Position numbers and translations under genes: made by a program
Shown here: in pieces, positions 8,250-17,332 of the stretch
How positions within the stretch are numbered: position 1 is the first letter of the stretch
Layout: the number at the start of each line of letters is the position of its first letter
From: Bacteroidales bacterium Bact_20
GTDB lineage: Bacteria > Bacteroidota > Bacteroidia > Bacteroidales > DTU049
Assembly: GCA_001603615.1 (NCBI GenBank)
Contig: LUZL01000227.1
Span: forward strand, 1-25,339
Reading direction: 5' to 3'
Length of the DNA: 25,339 bases
Notes under the pieces: model-generated
Database searches by the model: none
What the model was told of the DNA's origin: nothing
What the model saw: the letters and a program-made list of their open reading frames with translations, nothing else

Positions 8250-9212
8250 ATGGATATATCAGTTGTGATCCCATTATATAACGAGAAAGAATCATTACCG
8301 GAGCTCACAGAATGGATCAGAAGGGTGATGAAAGATAATAATTTCACCTACGAAATTATTTTTGTAGATGATGGTAGTACAGATGGATCTTGGGATGAGA
8401 TTAAAAAATTAGCAGAACATCATAATGATATAAATGCTATAAGGTTTAGACGTAATTTCGGTAAATCTGCGGCATTACATGTAGGATTTCAAAAGGCCCA
8501 GGGTAATGTAGTTATCACTATGGATGCAGATTTACAAGATAGCCCTGATGAGATACCAGAACTGTATAAAATGATTACAGAGCAAGATTATGATTTGGTA
8601 TCTGGATGGAAAAAGAAAAGATATGACCCATTATCAAAAACATTACCTACAAAACTTTTTAACTGGGGAACCCGTATGGTGTCTGGCATAAAGCTGCATG
8701 ATTTCAATTGTGGATTAAAAGCATATAAACATGATGTAGTGAAAAGCGTAGATGTATATGGAGAGATGCACAGATATATTCCTATTATGGCTAAGTGGGC
8801 AGGTTTCAATAAAATAGGAGAAAAAGTAGTGCATCATTATCCACGTAAGTATGGAACTACTAAATTTGGTATGTCTCGTTTCATTCGTGGTCCCTTAGAT
8901 TTACTTACAATAAATTTTGTAACTAAATTTGGTAAAAGACCAATGCACTTTTTTGGAACTATGGGATTAGTAGTATTTATTATTGGATTTATAATAGCTT
9001 TATATTTAGCTATAGCTAAAATCATGTATCAGCAATATAAAATGACTGAAAGACCGCTTTTCTATCTTGGTATTTTATTTATGATAATAGGTACTATGCT
9101 TTTCATAGGTGGCTTTATAGCAGAATTAATCCAAAGAAATAATCCTGATAAAAATAAATATGATATAAAGGAAGAAATAACCATTGAAGAAGGAGAAAAT
9201 AAAGGGTTATGA
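8250..9212 (+). CDS. Glycosyltransferase family 2, polyprenol-phosphate glycosyltransferase type (ArnC/GtrB/DPM-like)
   Basis: ISVVIPLYNE, VDDGSTD, RRNFGKSAAL, DXD motif TMDADLQD, HDFNCGLKAY; two C-terminal TM helices. Confidence 0.92.
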   Translation: MDISVVIPLYNEKESLPELTEWIRRVMKDNNFTYEIIFVDDGSTDGSWDEIKKLAEHHNDINAIRFRRNFGKSAALHVGFQKAQGNVVITMDADLQDSPDEIPELYKMITEQDYDLVSGWKKKRYDPLSKTLPTKLFNWGTRMVSGIKLHDFNCGLKAYKHDVVKSVDVYGEMHRYIPIMAKWAGFNKIGEKVVHHYPRKYGTTKFGMSRFIRGPLDLLTINFVTKFGKRPMHFFGTMGLVVFIIGFIIALYLAIAKIMYQQYKMTERPLFYLGILFMIIGTMLFIGGFIAELIQRNNPDKNKYDIKEEITIEEGENKGL

Positions 9213-10414
9213 GTAGAGATTGGCAACGGGTAGCTATGGTTGGCCTAGCTTTTCCGTTTAAAGGTGGCATGGCTGCTTTAAAAAGTAGATTGGCTATAGA
9301 ACTGCAAAAAGCAGGGAAAGATGTTGAAATTTTCGGTTTTAAACGATTATATCCTTATATTGTTTTTCGTAAAGACGAAAAAATTACTGACAAAGCTCAA
9401 ATAGAGGAATTTATTGATAAATATAAATTAACAATTCACAATTTTCTAAAGTCGTGGAATCCAGCTACCTGGCATTTCACTGCTAAACTAATCTCATCTA
9501 GAAATCCAGATATAGTTATTTTCCAATATTGGGTGGCTTTTTTAGGTATTATTTATAGACATATAGCTAAATATCTTAAAAAAAACAATAAAGATATAGT
9601 AACCATAGCTATTGTAAATAGCATCTATGGGAAACATAAATTTAGCCAAAAAAAATCTTTTAAATATTTTGCAAAATATATAGATGCTTTTATATTTTTA
9701 TCTGAAAAAGTAGCCGATGAGTTTAATGAACTAAATATTAATAAACATTATTTAATAGTTCATCACCCATTATATGATCAATATGGAGAGCTTTTACCTA
9801 AAGAGGAAGCACTTAAAAAACTTAATCTTCCTGCTAAAACTGTTATAAACAACAAAGAAGTTAATATAAAATATATTTTGTTTTTTGGACAGGTAAAAGA
9901 ATATAAAGGTCTCGATTTGTTATTAGAAGCTCTACCAGACACAGATCCTTCTATTCATTTAATTATAGCAGGAGATTTTTTCCAGTCTAAAGATATATTT
10001 ATTGATATGATCAAAAGACTCAATGTGGAAGAGAGAGTATATATTTATGATAGGTACATCCCAGATAGCGAAGTTCCTATATTTTTCTCTGCTGCAGATC
10101 TGATAGTAATGCCATATAAATTGGTCAAACAAAGTGGTATCACGAGAATAGCTTTGCGTTATGATAAACCTTTCATTACTACAGATACTGATATATTAGA
10201 TATCTTATCAAATAAATGTTGCGATACAGATTTTATAATCACTAGTGAATCTCCAGAAATTGCTAAAGCTATTTCTATATTTTTTAGTGATAAACCTGAA
10301 GACAAAAATAAAGTAAAACGTTGGCTGCAAGCACAGAAGACATTAGCGAATATTCTGTCTTGGAATAAAATGATTACTGCTATAGACGATCTTTATAAAT
10401 TAAGTAAAAATTAA
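9209..10414 (+). CDS. Glycosyltransferase family 4 (GT-B, retaining)
   Basis: AFPFKGGMA N-terminal loop, ILFFGQVKEYKGLDLLL, FSAADLIVMPY, QSGI; ATGA overlap with the GT2 stop. Confidence 0.87.
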   Translation: MSRDWQRVAMVGLAFPFKGGMAALKSRLAIELQKAGKDVEIFGFKRLYPYIVFRKDEKITDKAQIEEFIDKYKLTIHNFLKSWNPATWHFTAKLISSRNPDIVIFQYWVAFLGIIYRHIAKYLKKNNKDIVTIAIVNSIYGKHKFSQKKSFKYFAKYIDAFIFLSEKVADEFNELNINKHYLIVHHPLYDQYGELLPKEEALKKLNLPAKTVINNKEVNIKYILFFGQVKEYKGLDLLLEALPDTDPSIHLIIAGDFFQSKDIFIDMIKRLNVEERVYIYDRYIPDSEVPIFFSAADLIVMPYKLVKQSGITRIALRYDKPFITTDTDILDILSNKCCDTDFIITSESPEIAKAISIFFSDKPEDKNKVKRWLQAQKTLANILSWNKMITAIDDLYKLSKN

Positions 10415-10431
10415 TTTTTTAAATTTTTTTC

Positions 10432-11454
10432 ATGCAGAAATCAAAGAATAGATATTTACTTATTCAGACTGCTAGTATAGGTGATGTGATACTAATGACA
10501 CCAGTGATGGAGTCACTACACAAAGATAATCCTGAAGCCGAAATTTTTGTCCTGGTTAATCATAGAGCTGCAGAGCTTTTTGATAATCATCCTTTTATTA
10601 CAAAAGTCATTATTTGGAATAAAAAAAATAAAAAATATAGAAATCTTTGGCATTTAATATTAAAATTAAGACATTATAATTTCACTGCTGTGATTAACTT
10701 TCAGCGATATTTATCTACAGGATTTCTGATGTGGTGCATGCATAGTAAAAAAAAGATAACTTTCAAACAAAGTACATTGTCTTGTTTATTTGCTAATGAG
10801 ACTTATGAGCATTTATGGAATCAGAAGCACGAAGTTGATAGGAATTTAACGTTAATACAAAATCTAGTATCTAGTGATTCTCTAATCAGACGCCCACATC
10901 TTTACATCGCAGAGAATGTAAAAGTTCTACTACCACCTACTCCTTATATTTGCATTTCACCATACTCTCTCTGGAATACTAAACAAATGGTTATCTGGAG
11001 GTGGATAGACCTTTGTGAAAATTTAATTAAATCAGGTTATAATGTTGCTGTTTTAGGTGGTAAAGAGGATATAAATAAAAATAATCTTTTTTTTAAAGAA
11101 TTTGAAAATGATGAACATCTATATGATTTTGTTGGTAAATTATCATTGTTAGAAACCTTATATGTTATAAAGCATGCATTTATCACATATTCTAATGATA
11201 GTGCTATCACACATTTAGCTTCGTCTATTAATGCCCCAATTGCAACTATTTTCTGCTCTACTGTGCCCTCCTTTGGTTTCACACCATTAAGTGATAAATC
11301 TTTTATTATAGAACCTAACATCGAACTATTATGCCGTCCATGTGGCATGCATGGTTATCAAAAATGCCCTAAAAATTTATTTATTTGTGGAAATAGTTTT
11401 AATATAGATCAATTATTGGAACCTATAAAAATATTACAATCAGATGCACAATAA
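10432..11454 (+). CDS. Glycosyltransferase family 9 (LPS/LOS core heptosyltransferase-like)
   Basis: QTASIGDVILMTP, WNTKQM, GKLSL, SNDSAITHLASS, and C-terminal CRPCGMHGYQKCP. Confidence 0.88.
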   Translation: MQKSKNRYLLIQTASIGDVILMTPVMESLHKDNPEAEIFVLVNHRAAELFDNHPFITKVIIWNKKNKKYRNLWHLILKLRHYNFTAVINFQRYLSTGFLMWCMHSKKKITFKQSTLSCLFANETYEHLWNQKHEVDRNLTLIQNLVSSDSLIRRPHLYIAENVKVLLPPTPYICISPYSLWNTKQMVIWRWIDLCENLIKSGYNVAVLGGKEDINKNNLFFKEFENDEHLYDFVGKLSLLETLYVIKHAFITYSNDSAITHLASSINAPIATIFCSTVPSFGFTPLSDKSFIIEPNIELLCRPCGMHGYQKCPKNLFICGNSFNIDQLLEPIKILQSDAQ

Positions 11455-12010
11455 AGATGTAATAGAAGCAGTAGATTATTTGAAACATGGCAAGGTGATT
11501 TTATGCCCTACAGATACCATTTGGGGACTAAGCTGTAATGCATTAGATGAGCATGCAATAAAAAAAATTATTGAGATAAAACATCGGCCAGATAATAAAA
11601 GTTTTATTATCCTAGTTTCATCTTTTGATATGCTAAAAATTTTTGTAAAAAAAATACCTGAAATAGCTTATAAGATAGAACAAGAAAGTGATAGACCTAT
11701 TACAATAATTTATCCAGATCCTGTAAATTTACCTGATATCCTTGTGAATGATGATAATTCTATTGCAGTGAGATTGGTAAGAAATGATTTTTGTAAGAAT
11801 GTGATTAACTTATTAGGTGGTCCTATTGTTTCTACTTCGGCTAATATTTCTGGTAGTGCTGCACCAATTAATTTTGAAAGTATTGATATTGAAATTAAAA
11901 ATGCAGTAGATTATATTGTCCCTATAAAATATGAAAATATTGTTTCCCATCAAGCCTCTAGAATTGTTAAGATAATTAATGAGAATGAGTATACTATCAT
12001 TAGAGAATAA
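11444..12010 (+). CDS. tsaC: L-threonylcarbamoyladenylate synthase (TsaC/Sua5/YrdC)
   Basis: PTDTIWGL, KHRP, IAVR and STSANISG motifs. Confidence 0.93.
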   Translation: MHNKDVIEAVDYLKHGKVILCPTDTIWGLSCNALDEHAIKKIIEIKHRPDNKSFIILVSSFDMLKIFVKKIPEIAYKIEQESDRPITIIYPDPVNLPDILVNDDNSIAVRLVRNDFCKNVINLLGGPIVSTSANISGSAAPINFESIDIEIKNAVDYIVPIKYENIVSHQASRIVKIINENEYTIIRE

Positions 12011-12040
12011 TTTTATTTATTAGTTTTCATTTTTCCTTGT

Positions 12041-12048
12041 TATTTTTG
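12041..12048 (+). promoter_or_regulatory. -7 promoter element (TATTTTTG)
   Basis: TAnnTTTG match 19 nt upstream of ATG 12068. Confidence 0.68.
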
Positions 12049-12067
12049 CAATAATTTATTAAATATT

Positions 12068-13354
12068 ATGTTAGATTTATCGCAAAGACAAGAGATAATA
12101 GAACTAATGCACAAAGAAATAGTACCTGCTATAGGCTGCACTGAGCCAATAGCGGTAGCTCTTTGCGTAGCTAAAGCTAGAGAGATTTTAGGAGAAATAC
12201 CTGAAAAGATAGATGTATTATTGAGCAAAAATATTATTAAAAATGCTATGGGAGTGGGAATACCTGGCACTGGTATGATAGGGTTGCCTATTGCTATCGC
12301 TTTAGGAGCTACTATAGGTAAATCTGATTATAAACTACAAGTACTTAAAGATCTTACTCAAAATGATGTAGAAAATGCTAAGACATATATTGATAAAGGG
12401 AGAATAAATATTTCCCTAAAAGAAAATTGTCCAAATAATTTATACATAGAAGTTCATTGCTATTATAAAGAAAATCAATCAATTGCTATTATTCAAGGTG
12501 CACATGATAATTTCACTTATATAGAAAAAAATAATAAAATTATTTATAAACAAGATTATAGTGAAAATGATGATAATGTATCAAACATAGATTTAAACTT
12601 TGACAAAGTTTATGAATTTAGTACAGAAACTCCATTAGAAGAGATAAAATTCATTTTAGATGCTGCAGAAATGAATAAAAATGCTTCAATTATTTCAATG
12701 AATGGAGATTATGGTCATCAGATAAAAAATATTCTTTCTACTCAAAAAGCTAAGGAAATAATAGGAGATAACATATTAAATACAATTATAGCTGCTACAG
12801 CAGGAGCTTGTGATTTACGAATGGATGGGGCTATGGTACCAGTAATGAGTACAGCTGGTAGTGGTAATCAAGGAATAGCTGCAACTCTTCCAGTAACACT
12901 TTTTGCTCAATCTTTTAAATGTGATACTGAGCAATTATTACGTGCTCTCACATTAAGTAATTTAATGGTTATTTATATTAAACAGAAATTAGGTAAATTA
13001 TCTCCCTTATGTGGATGTGTAGTAGCTTCTACAGGCTCCAGCTGCGGAATTACTTATCTACTAGGTGGTAGCAAATCTCAAATTTCATTTGCGGCTAAAA
13101 ATATGATAGCCTCTATAACAGGTATGATATGCGATGGTGCTAAGCCAAGCTGTTCATTAAAAATAGCAACTAGTATTTATACAGCAGCATTGTCAGCTTT
13201 AATGGCAATAGACAATAATGTAGTTTCTCACCATGAGGGTATCATTGATGATGATATTGAAAAAACCATAGAAAATTTGGCAGATATTGGTAAGAGGGGG
13301 ATGAGAGAAACAGATAATGTAATTTTAGAAATTATGACTAACAAAAACATATAA
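12068..13354 (+). CDS. cyuA: UPF0597/YhaM-family L-cysteine desulfidase (serine dehydratase alpha-like, Fe-S)
   Basis: PAIGCTEP, KNAMGVGIPG, MSTAGSGNQG, LCGC and CDGAKPSC motifs. Confidence 0.87.
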   Translation: MLDLSQRQEIIELMHKEIVPAIGCTEPIAVALCVAKAREILGEIPEKIDVLLSKNIIKNAMGVGIPGTGMIGLPIAIALGATIGKSDYKLQVLKDLTQNDVENAKTYIDKGRINISLKENCPNNLYIEVHCYYKENQSIAIIQGAHDNFTYIEKNNKIIYKQDYSENDDNVSNIDLNFDKVYEFSTETPLEEIKFILDAAEMNKNASIISMNGDYGHQIKNILSTQKAKEIIGDNILNTIIAATAGACDLRMDGAMVPVMSTAGSGNQGIAATLPVTLFAQSFKCDTEQLLRALTLSNLMVIYIKQKLGKLSPLCGCVVASTGSSCGITYLLGGSKSQISFAAKNMIASITGMICDGAKPSCSLKIATSIYTAALSALMAIDNNVVSHHEGIIDDDIEKTIENLADIGKRGMRETDNVILEIMTNKNI

Positions 13355-13381
13355 TTTTAAAAAAAATTATATGTTTTTGTT
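13340..13381. repeat. Perfect 19-bp inverted repeat with 4-nt spacer between convergent cyuA and transposase genes (possible bidirectional terminator)
   Basis: aacaaaaacatataatttt (13340-13358), spacer aaaa, aaaattatatgtttttgtt (13363-13381); overlaps the cyuA stop codon. Confidence 0.85.
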
Positions 13382-13401
13382 GAAGTTATAAAAATAATAA
13401 T

Positions 13402-13425
13402 ATGTTATACTTAAAAGTTGTTATT
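13402..13425 (+). repeat. Putative IS terminal inverted repeat (downstream end)
   Basis: atgttatacttaaaagttgttatt; overlaps the transposase stop codon; 20/24 identical to the reverse complement of 14456-14479. Confidence 0.62.
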
Positions 13426-14413
13426 TATATCTTTGATTTACTAATCCTCTGTACTTGTCCCACGCCCATCTATCATGCGATGACAAGTTTAGTAATCTTC
13501 CAATGTCTGGTTCTATCAAATCTTTTAAATATTTATTCGTTATTACAAACCACATCAAGTAGCTCTGCAGGTATTTAGTAGCTACCCCATGAAATCTACA
13601 CAACCACACCTTGAAATCTTTTATCTTTTCCTCTACTATTTTTACACTATAAATGCCACGTTTTACTTGTCTTTTGTTTACTATCACCTTTTTACTTTTT
13701 AGACTCTTAACTCCTTTTTTGAACTCTTTCTTTGGTTTTACACATACTAGATTCTTCTCTGATATTCTATTCTTTAGTTCGTCTTTTAATTGCTCATTTT
13801 TTACTTTTTTCTCTCCAACTTGTTTAAAAAGTAAATTACCTTCACGGTCAGTAACTACTAATACAGCTACTTTGGGATGTTTTTTCTTACGTGCTCGCTC
13901 ATATTCTTCTAGACTTTTGAATTTCCTACCTTTTTCTGAGTAATTCATTAGCAGCTCATCAGCTTCTACTATACCTGAGAAGCTTATTCCTCCTTCAAAA
14001 GACCTCAATGCTGCTAATATTTTATGTCGCCATTGGAAGCTAGTTTTCAGACATATTCCAACCTCACTAGCACAAGCTCTCAAACTTTTACCATCTAGCA
14101 TACATCTCATATAGTCAAGCATCAATGGATATTTTCTCATTCGGTAGACAAAGGTGCGAGCGGTTTCTCGGAATTGATAACCACAAGTCTTGCATTTGTA
14201 AACTTGTCTGCCGTTTTGTTTACCAGCTCTGATGACGTCTTCACTTTTGCAGTTAGGGCAGATGGCAGCAGTAGATTGTATTTTTACTTTTTGGTAGTCT
14301 ACAGCATTAGCATTGCTATCAACTAGATATTGGTAAAGCTGATCTAGAAAGTCTCTCTTGTGATCTTTAGGCAGAGCTAAATATTCATCGGTATTTTGGA
14401 ATAAATCTTTCAT
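13421..14413 (-). CDS. IS1595-family transposase, second catalytic Asp substituted
   Basis: Zn ribbon CPNC..CKTC, HTH (SLRACASEVGICLKTSFQWRHKIL), GIVEADE, and WLCRFHGVATKYLQSYLMWF. The ATG at 14413 is preferred because the track start at 14434 is a TTG lying inside the promoter motif. Confidence 0.85.
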   Translation of the reverse strand: MKDLFQNTDEYLALPKDHKRDFLDQLYQYLVDSNANAVDYQKVKIQSTAAICPNCKSEDVIRAGKQNGRQVYKCKTCGYQFRETARTFVYRMRKYPLMLDYMRCMLDGKSLRACASEVGICLKTSFQWRHKILAALRSFEGGISFSGIVEADELLMNYSEKGRKFKSLEEYERARKKKHPKVAVLVVTDREGNLLFKQVGEKKVKNEQLKDELKNRISEKNLVCVKPKKEFKKGVKSLKSKKVIVNKRQVKRGIYSVKIVEEKIKDFKVWLCRFHGVATKYLQSYLMWFVITNKYLKDLIEPDIGRLLNLSSHDRWAWDKYRGLVNQRYK

Positions 14414-14431
14414 AAATTTGAAAATTTGGGA

Positions 14432-14439
14432 CAAAAATA
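14432..14439 (-). promoter_or_regulatory. -7 promoter element (TATTTTTG) driving the transposase
   Basis: The plus strand reads caaaaata, the reverse complement of a TAnnTTTG match, 18 nt upstream of ATG 14413 and inside the element. Confidence 0.6.
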
Positions 14440-14455
14440 ATTATTTTATTTGAAT

Positions 14456-14479
14456 AATAAAATATTTTAAATATAACAT
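14456..14479 (-). repeat. Putative IS terminal inverted repeat (upstream end)
   Basis: Reverse complement atgttatatttaaaatattttatt; 20/24 match to 13402-13425. Confidence 0.62.
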
Positions 14480-14487
14480 TAAAATGA

Positions 14488-14520
14488 TATTAACCTTATT
14501 ACTTTGTAATAAGGTTAATA
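14488..14520. repeat. Perfect 15-bp inverted repeat with 3-nt spacer (possible terminator of efp-lpxD)
   Basis: tattaaccttattac, spacer ttt, gtaataaggttaata; 52 nt downstream of the lpxD stop and 8 nt outside the IS end. Confidence 0.82.
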
Positions 14521-14572
14521 AGCTTATAAAAGTCTAAATTTTTGTTTTAATATTAAATACTGAACTCCTCTA

Positions 14573-15577
14573 TTAGAAATTATTAATATCTTTATTGTTA
14601 ATTTCTAAATCAGATGCTATACCATGATTTTTTGTCAATTTATTCACTGCATCAAATAATTCTGGTAATTTCTTTAATAAAGCTATTTCTCTCATTTTAT
14701 CTGAAGCTTCGCGTGCTGGACTACCAAAATATACTTTACCACCTTCTAGAGATTTAGCTACTCCAGATTGTCCTAATACTATTGCACCCTTACCTATAGT
14801 AAGATCTTTTTGTACACCCACTTGTCCCCATAAGATTACATTATCCTCCAAATTTACTACACCAGCTATGCCTGCTTGAGCAGCTATTAAGCAATTTTTC
14901 CCTATGATAGTATCGTGTCCTATTTGTATTAAATTATCTAGTTTACTCCCTTTACCTATAATAGTATCGGATGATACTCCTCTATCTATAGTACAGCATG
15001 AACCTATTTCTACATCATCTTCTATGATCACTCTACCACATCCTTCTAATTTATCTAAATAATCAGGACGTCTTTTAAAATAGAATGCTTCACCTCCGAT
15101 AACGGTTCCACTGTTTATAATTACATTATTCCCTATAATGGTATTGGCATGAATTGTAACGTTAGGATGAATAATGCAATTTTTACCAATTTTAACGTTA
15201 GGACCAATAAATACTAATGGTTGTATGATAGTACCTTCACCAATTTCAGCACTTGGATGTATAGGCATCTCTTGTGGTTGAAAAGGAGCAAAAAATTTTA
15301 CTAATTTTATATAATCTCTAAAAGGATCATCTGTGTAGATTAATGTTTTCCCTATTGGAGCTTCTACTTCTTTATTAATCAATATTATAGAAGCTGCACA
15401 AGTGAGAGCACGATTAAAATATTTTTCATTATCTACAAATGTGATATCTCCTGGTACAACTCTATGTATCTCATTGATGCCTGTGGCTTTTATATCTTTG
15501 TCACCTATTACTTTAGCATTTGGATTATTTATAATAGTGACAAGCTCTTTTATATTATATGGTCGCTCTAAGTTCAT
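14573..15577 (-). CDS. lpxD: UDP-3-O-acylglucosamine N-acyltransferase (LpxD family)
   Basis: N-terminal [12 protein letters not shown] domain, hexapeptide repeats, TIDRG and [11 protein letters not shown] (catalytic His). It may be one of two LpxD paralogs. Confidence 0.88.
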   Translation of the reverse strand: MNLERPYNIKELVTIINNPNAKVIGDKDIKATGINEIHRVVPGDITFVDNEKYFNRALTCAASIILINKEVEAPIGKTLIYTDDPFRDYIKLVKFFAPFQPQEMPIHPSAEIGEGTIIQPLVFIGPNVKIGKNCIIHPNVTIHANTIIGNNVIINSGTVIGGEAFYFKRRPDYLDKLEGCGRVIIEDDVEIGSCCTIDRGVSSDTIIGKGSKLDNLIQIGHDTIIGKNCLIAAQAGIAGVVNLEDNVILWGQVGVQKDLTIGKGAIVLGQSGVAKSLEGGKVYFGSPAREASDKMREIALLKKLPELFDAVNKLTKNHGIASDLEINNKDINNF

Positions 15578-15618
15578 TCTTTTAGTATTTTTTGTTAAAA
15601 ATTTTAATTTTTATTATT

Positions 15619-16188
15619 TTAATCTTTATTAACTCTTTCACCGTATTCGCCAGTCAGAGTATTAACTTTAATTCTATCTCCAACATTAATAAAAAGTGGT
15701 ACTCTTATTTCAGCTCCAGTTTCTAAAATAGCTGGTTTCATAGCATTAGTAGCAGTATCTCCTCTCACACCAGGCTCGCTGTATGTAACCTGTAAAACTA
15801 CATATGTAGGTAATTCGCAAAATAATGGTGTTTCGCTATCTGCATGAAAAACTATTTCTACTTCTTGCCCATCTTTTAGAAATTGTGGAGCATTAATCAA
15901 TGATTCTGGTATCATAATTTGTTCAAAAGTCTCTACATGCATAAAGTGATAATCTTCATTATCCTTGTATAAAAATTGATATGGACGTCTTTCTATCCTT
16001 TGGATATTTATTTTAGCTCCTGATGTGAAAGTATTTTGTAGAATCCTACCACTAGGTATATGTTTTAGTTTTGTTCTCACAAATGCACCACCCTTGCCTG
16101 GCTTTACATGTTGAAATTCTACAATTGTGTATAGCTCTCCATTAAACTCTATACAAATCCCGTTACTTATATCTGCTGTTGTTGCCAT
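15619..16188 (-). CDS. efp: Elongation factor P
   Basis: [22 protein letters not shown] and VPLFINVGD motifs. Confidence 0.98.
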   Translation of the reverse strand: MATTADISNGICIEFNGELYTIVEFQHVKPGKGGAFVRTKLKHIPSGRILQNTFTSGAKINIQRIERRPYQFLYKDNEDYHFMHVETFEQIMIPESLINAPQFLKDGQEVEIVFHADSETPLFCELPTYVVLQVTYSEPGVRGDTATNAMKPAILETGAEIRVPLFINVGDRIKVNTLTGEYGERVNKD

Positions 16189-16200
16189 TTAAATTTTTAG

Positions 16201-16208
16201 CAAAATTA
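16201..16208 (-). promoter_or_regulatory. -7 promoter element (TAATTTTG) for efp-lpxD
   Basis: The plus strand reads caaaatta, 12 nt upstream of the efp ATG. Confidence 0.7.
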
Positions 16209-16264
16209 TATTATTTTTTTCAATTATCATAAAACAAATTTCAAAATAGTTTGTGTATTTTTAT

Positions 16265-17332
16265 TTATAAAACAAGGATATTGTTAATTTTATCCTTATT
16301 AATTCTCTCCATATCGGTATCTGTAATAAAAATTTGTGTTAAGTTAAAATTTAATAATTGATCTAGCAGTTTATGAGTTCTGTATTGATCTAATTTATCA
16401 AAAATATCATCCAAAAGCAAAATAGCATGTTCATTATAATGATTGCTTAACCATTGATACATAGAGAGCTTGAGAGCTATAATAAATAATTTTTGCTGTC
16501 CTTGTGATGCTATCTGTGATATGTCATCATTATTAAATAAAAAATACAATTTATCTCTATGTATACCTATAGTAGTATGTGTCAGGCGAATATCATTCCC
16601 TCTATTATCATAAATAATATTTTCAAGATTTGAAGGATCTATATTTGATTCATAATTAATAGAGATAGGTATATTAATGTTTGAAATAGAATAAAAAATA
16701 TCATTTATAGATCTATTAATATCATTTATTAAGCTAGTTCTATATTTATAAATTTGTTCATTAAGTGGTATTATATTGATATCAATAGCATTTAGCATAT
16801 TAGAAAAATCCTTGCCAAACAAACTTTGTTGTTTCAATAGATGGTTTCTTTGTTGTAATAGTTTTTGATAATTTTGCAAAGCATTTAGATAATTACTATT
16901 TTGTTGTGATAAAATCTGATCTATAAGTTTACGTCTATTCTCTTGGCTATAAACTAACTCGTAAATATCGGATGGGCAAATAAAAACTATTGGAATCAAT
17001 CCTAAATGTGATGAAAATCTTTTATACAACTTTTCATTCCTGCACACTTTTTTACCATTAATATTGTGATATTGAATTTCTATGTTTTCTGGACTATCAT
17101 TATCTGAATAGAAGAATCCTTTTATTAAAAAGAAATCTTTGTCAAACTGAACAAATTTGCTATCAGGGATATTATATGGATTGCGTGTAAGTCCTAAATA
17201 AAAAATGCTATCTAGAATAGATGTCTTACCTACTCCGTTATCTCCCACTATGTAATTAACTCCTTCAGAAAACTCTAATTCTAAGTAATTATGTATTTTA
17301 AAATTTGTAAGCTCTAATCTTTTTAGTAACAT
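16265..17332 (-). CDS. recF: DNA replication and repair protein RecF
   Basis: Walker A GDNGVGKT, GIHRD, signature SQGQQK, Walker B LLLDDIFDKLD. Confidence 0.93.
   Translation of the reverse strand: MLLKRLELTNFKIHNYLELEFSEGVNYIVGDNGVGKTSILDSIFYLGLTRNPYNIPDSKFVQFDKDFFLIKGFFYSDNDSPENIEIQYHNINGKKVCRNEKLYKRFSSHLGLIPIVFICPSDIYELVYSQENRRKLIDQILSQQNSNYLNALQNYQKLLQQRNHLLKQQSLFGKDFSNMLNAIDINIIPLNEQIYKYRTSLINDINRSINDIFYSISNINIPISINYESNIDPSNLENIIYDNRGNDIRLTHTTIGIHRDKLYFLFNNDDISQIASQGQQKLFIIALKLSMYQWLSNHYNEHAILLLDDIFDKLDQYRTHKLLDQLLNFNLTQIFITDTDMERINKDKINNILVL

Larger units (their letters stand above)
13402..14479 (-). mobile_element. IS1595-family (ISPna2-like) insertion sequence remnant with imperfect terminal inverted repeats
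   Basis: A single transposase ORF is bounded by 24-bp inverted repeats matching at 20/24 positions. The size of about 1.08 kb fits the ISPna2 group. No target-site duplication is visible. Confidence 0.72.

Noticed and set aside
9578-10628. A8 runs inside glycosyltransferase genes (9578-9585, 9648-9655, 10621-10628) as phase-variation tracts
   Set aside because: Runs of this length occur throughout this AT-rich window (e.g. in rluB), and both ORFs are in frame.
14414-14434. TTG start of the transposase given by the ORF track
   Set aside because: The TTG is part of the TATTTTTG promoter motif, so it would not be within the transcript; the ATG at 14413 fits better.
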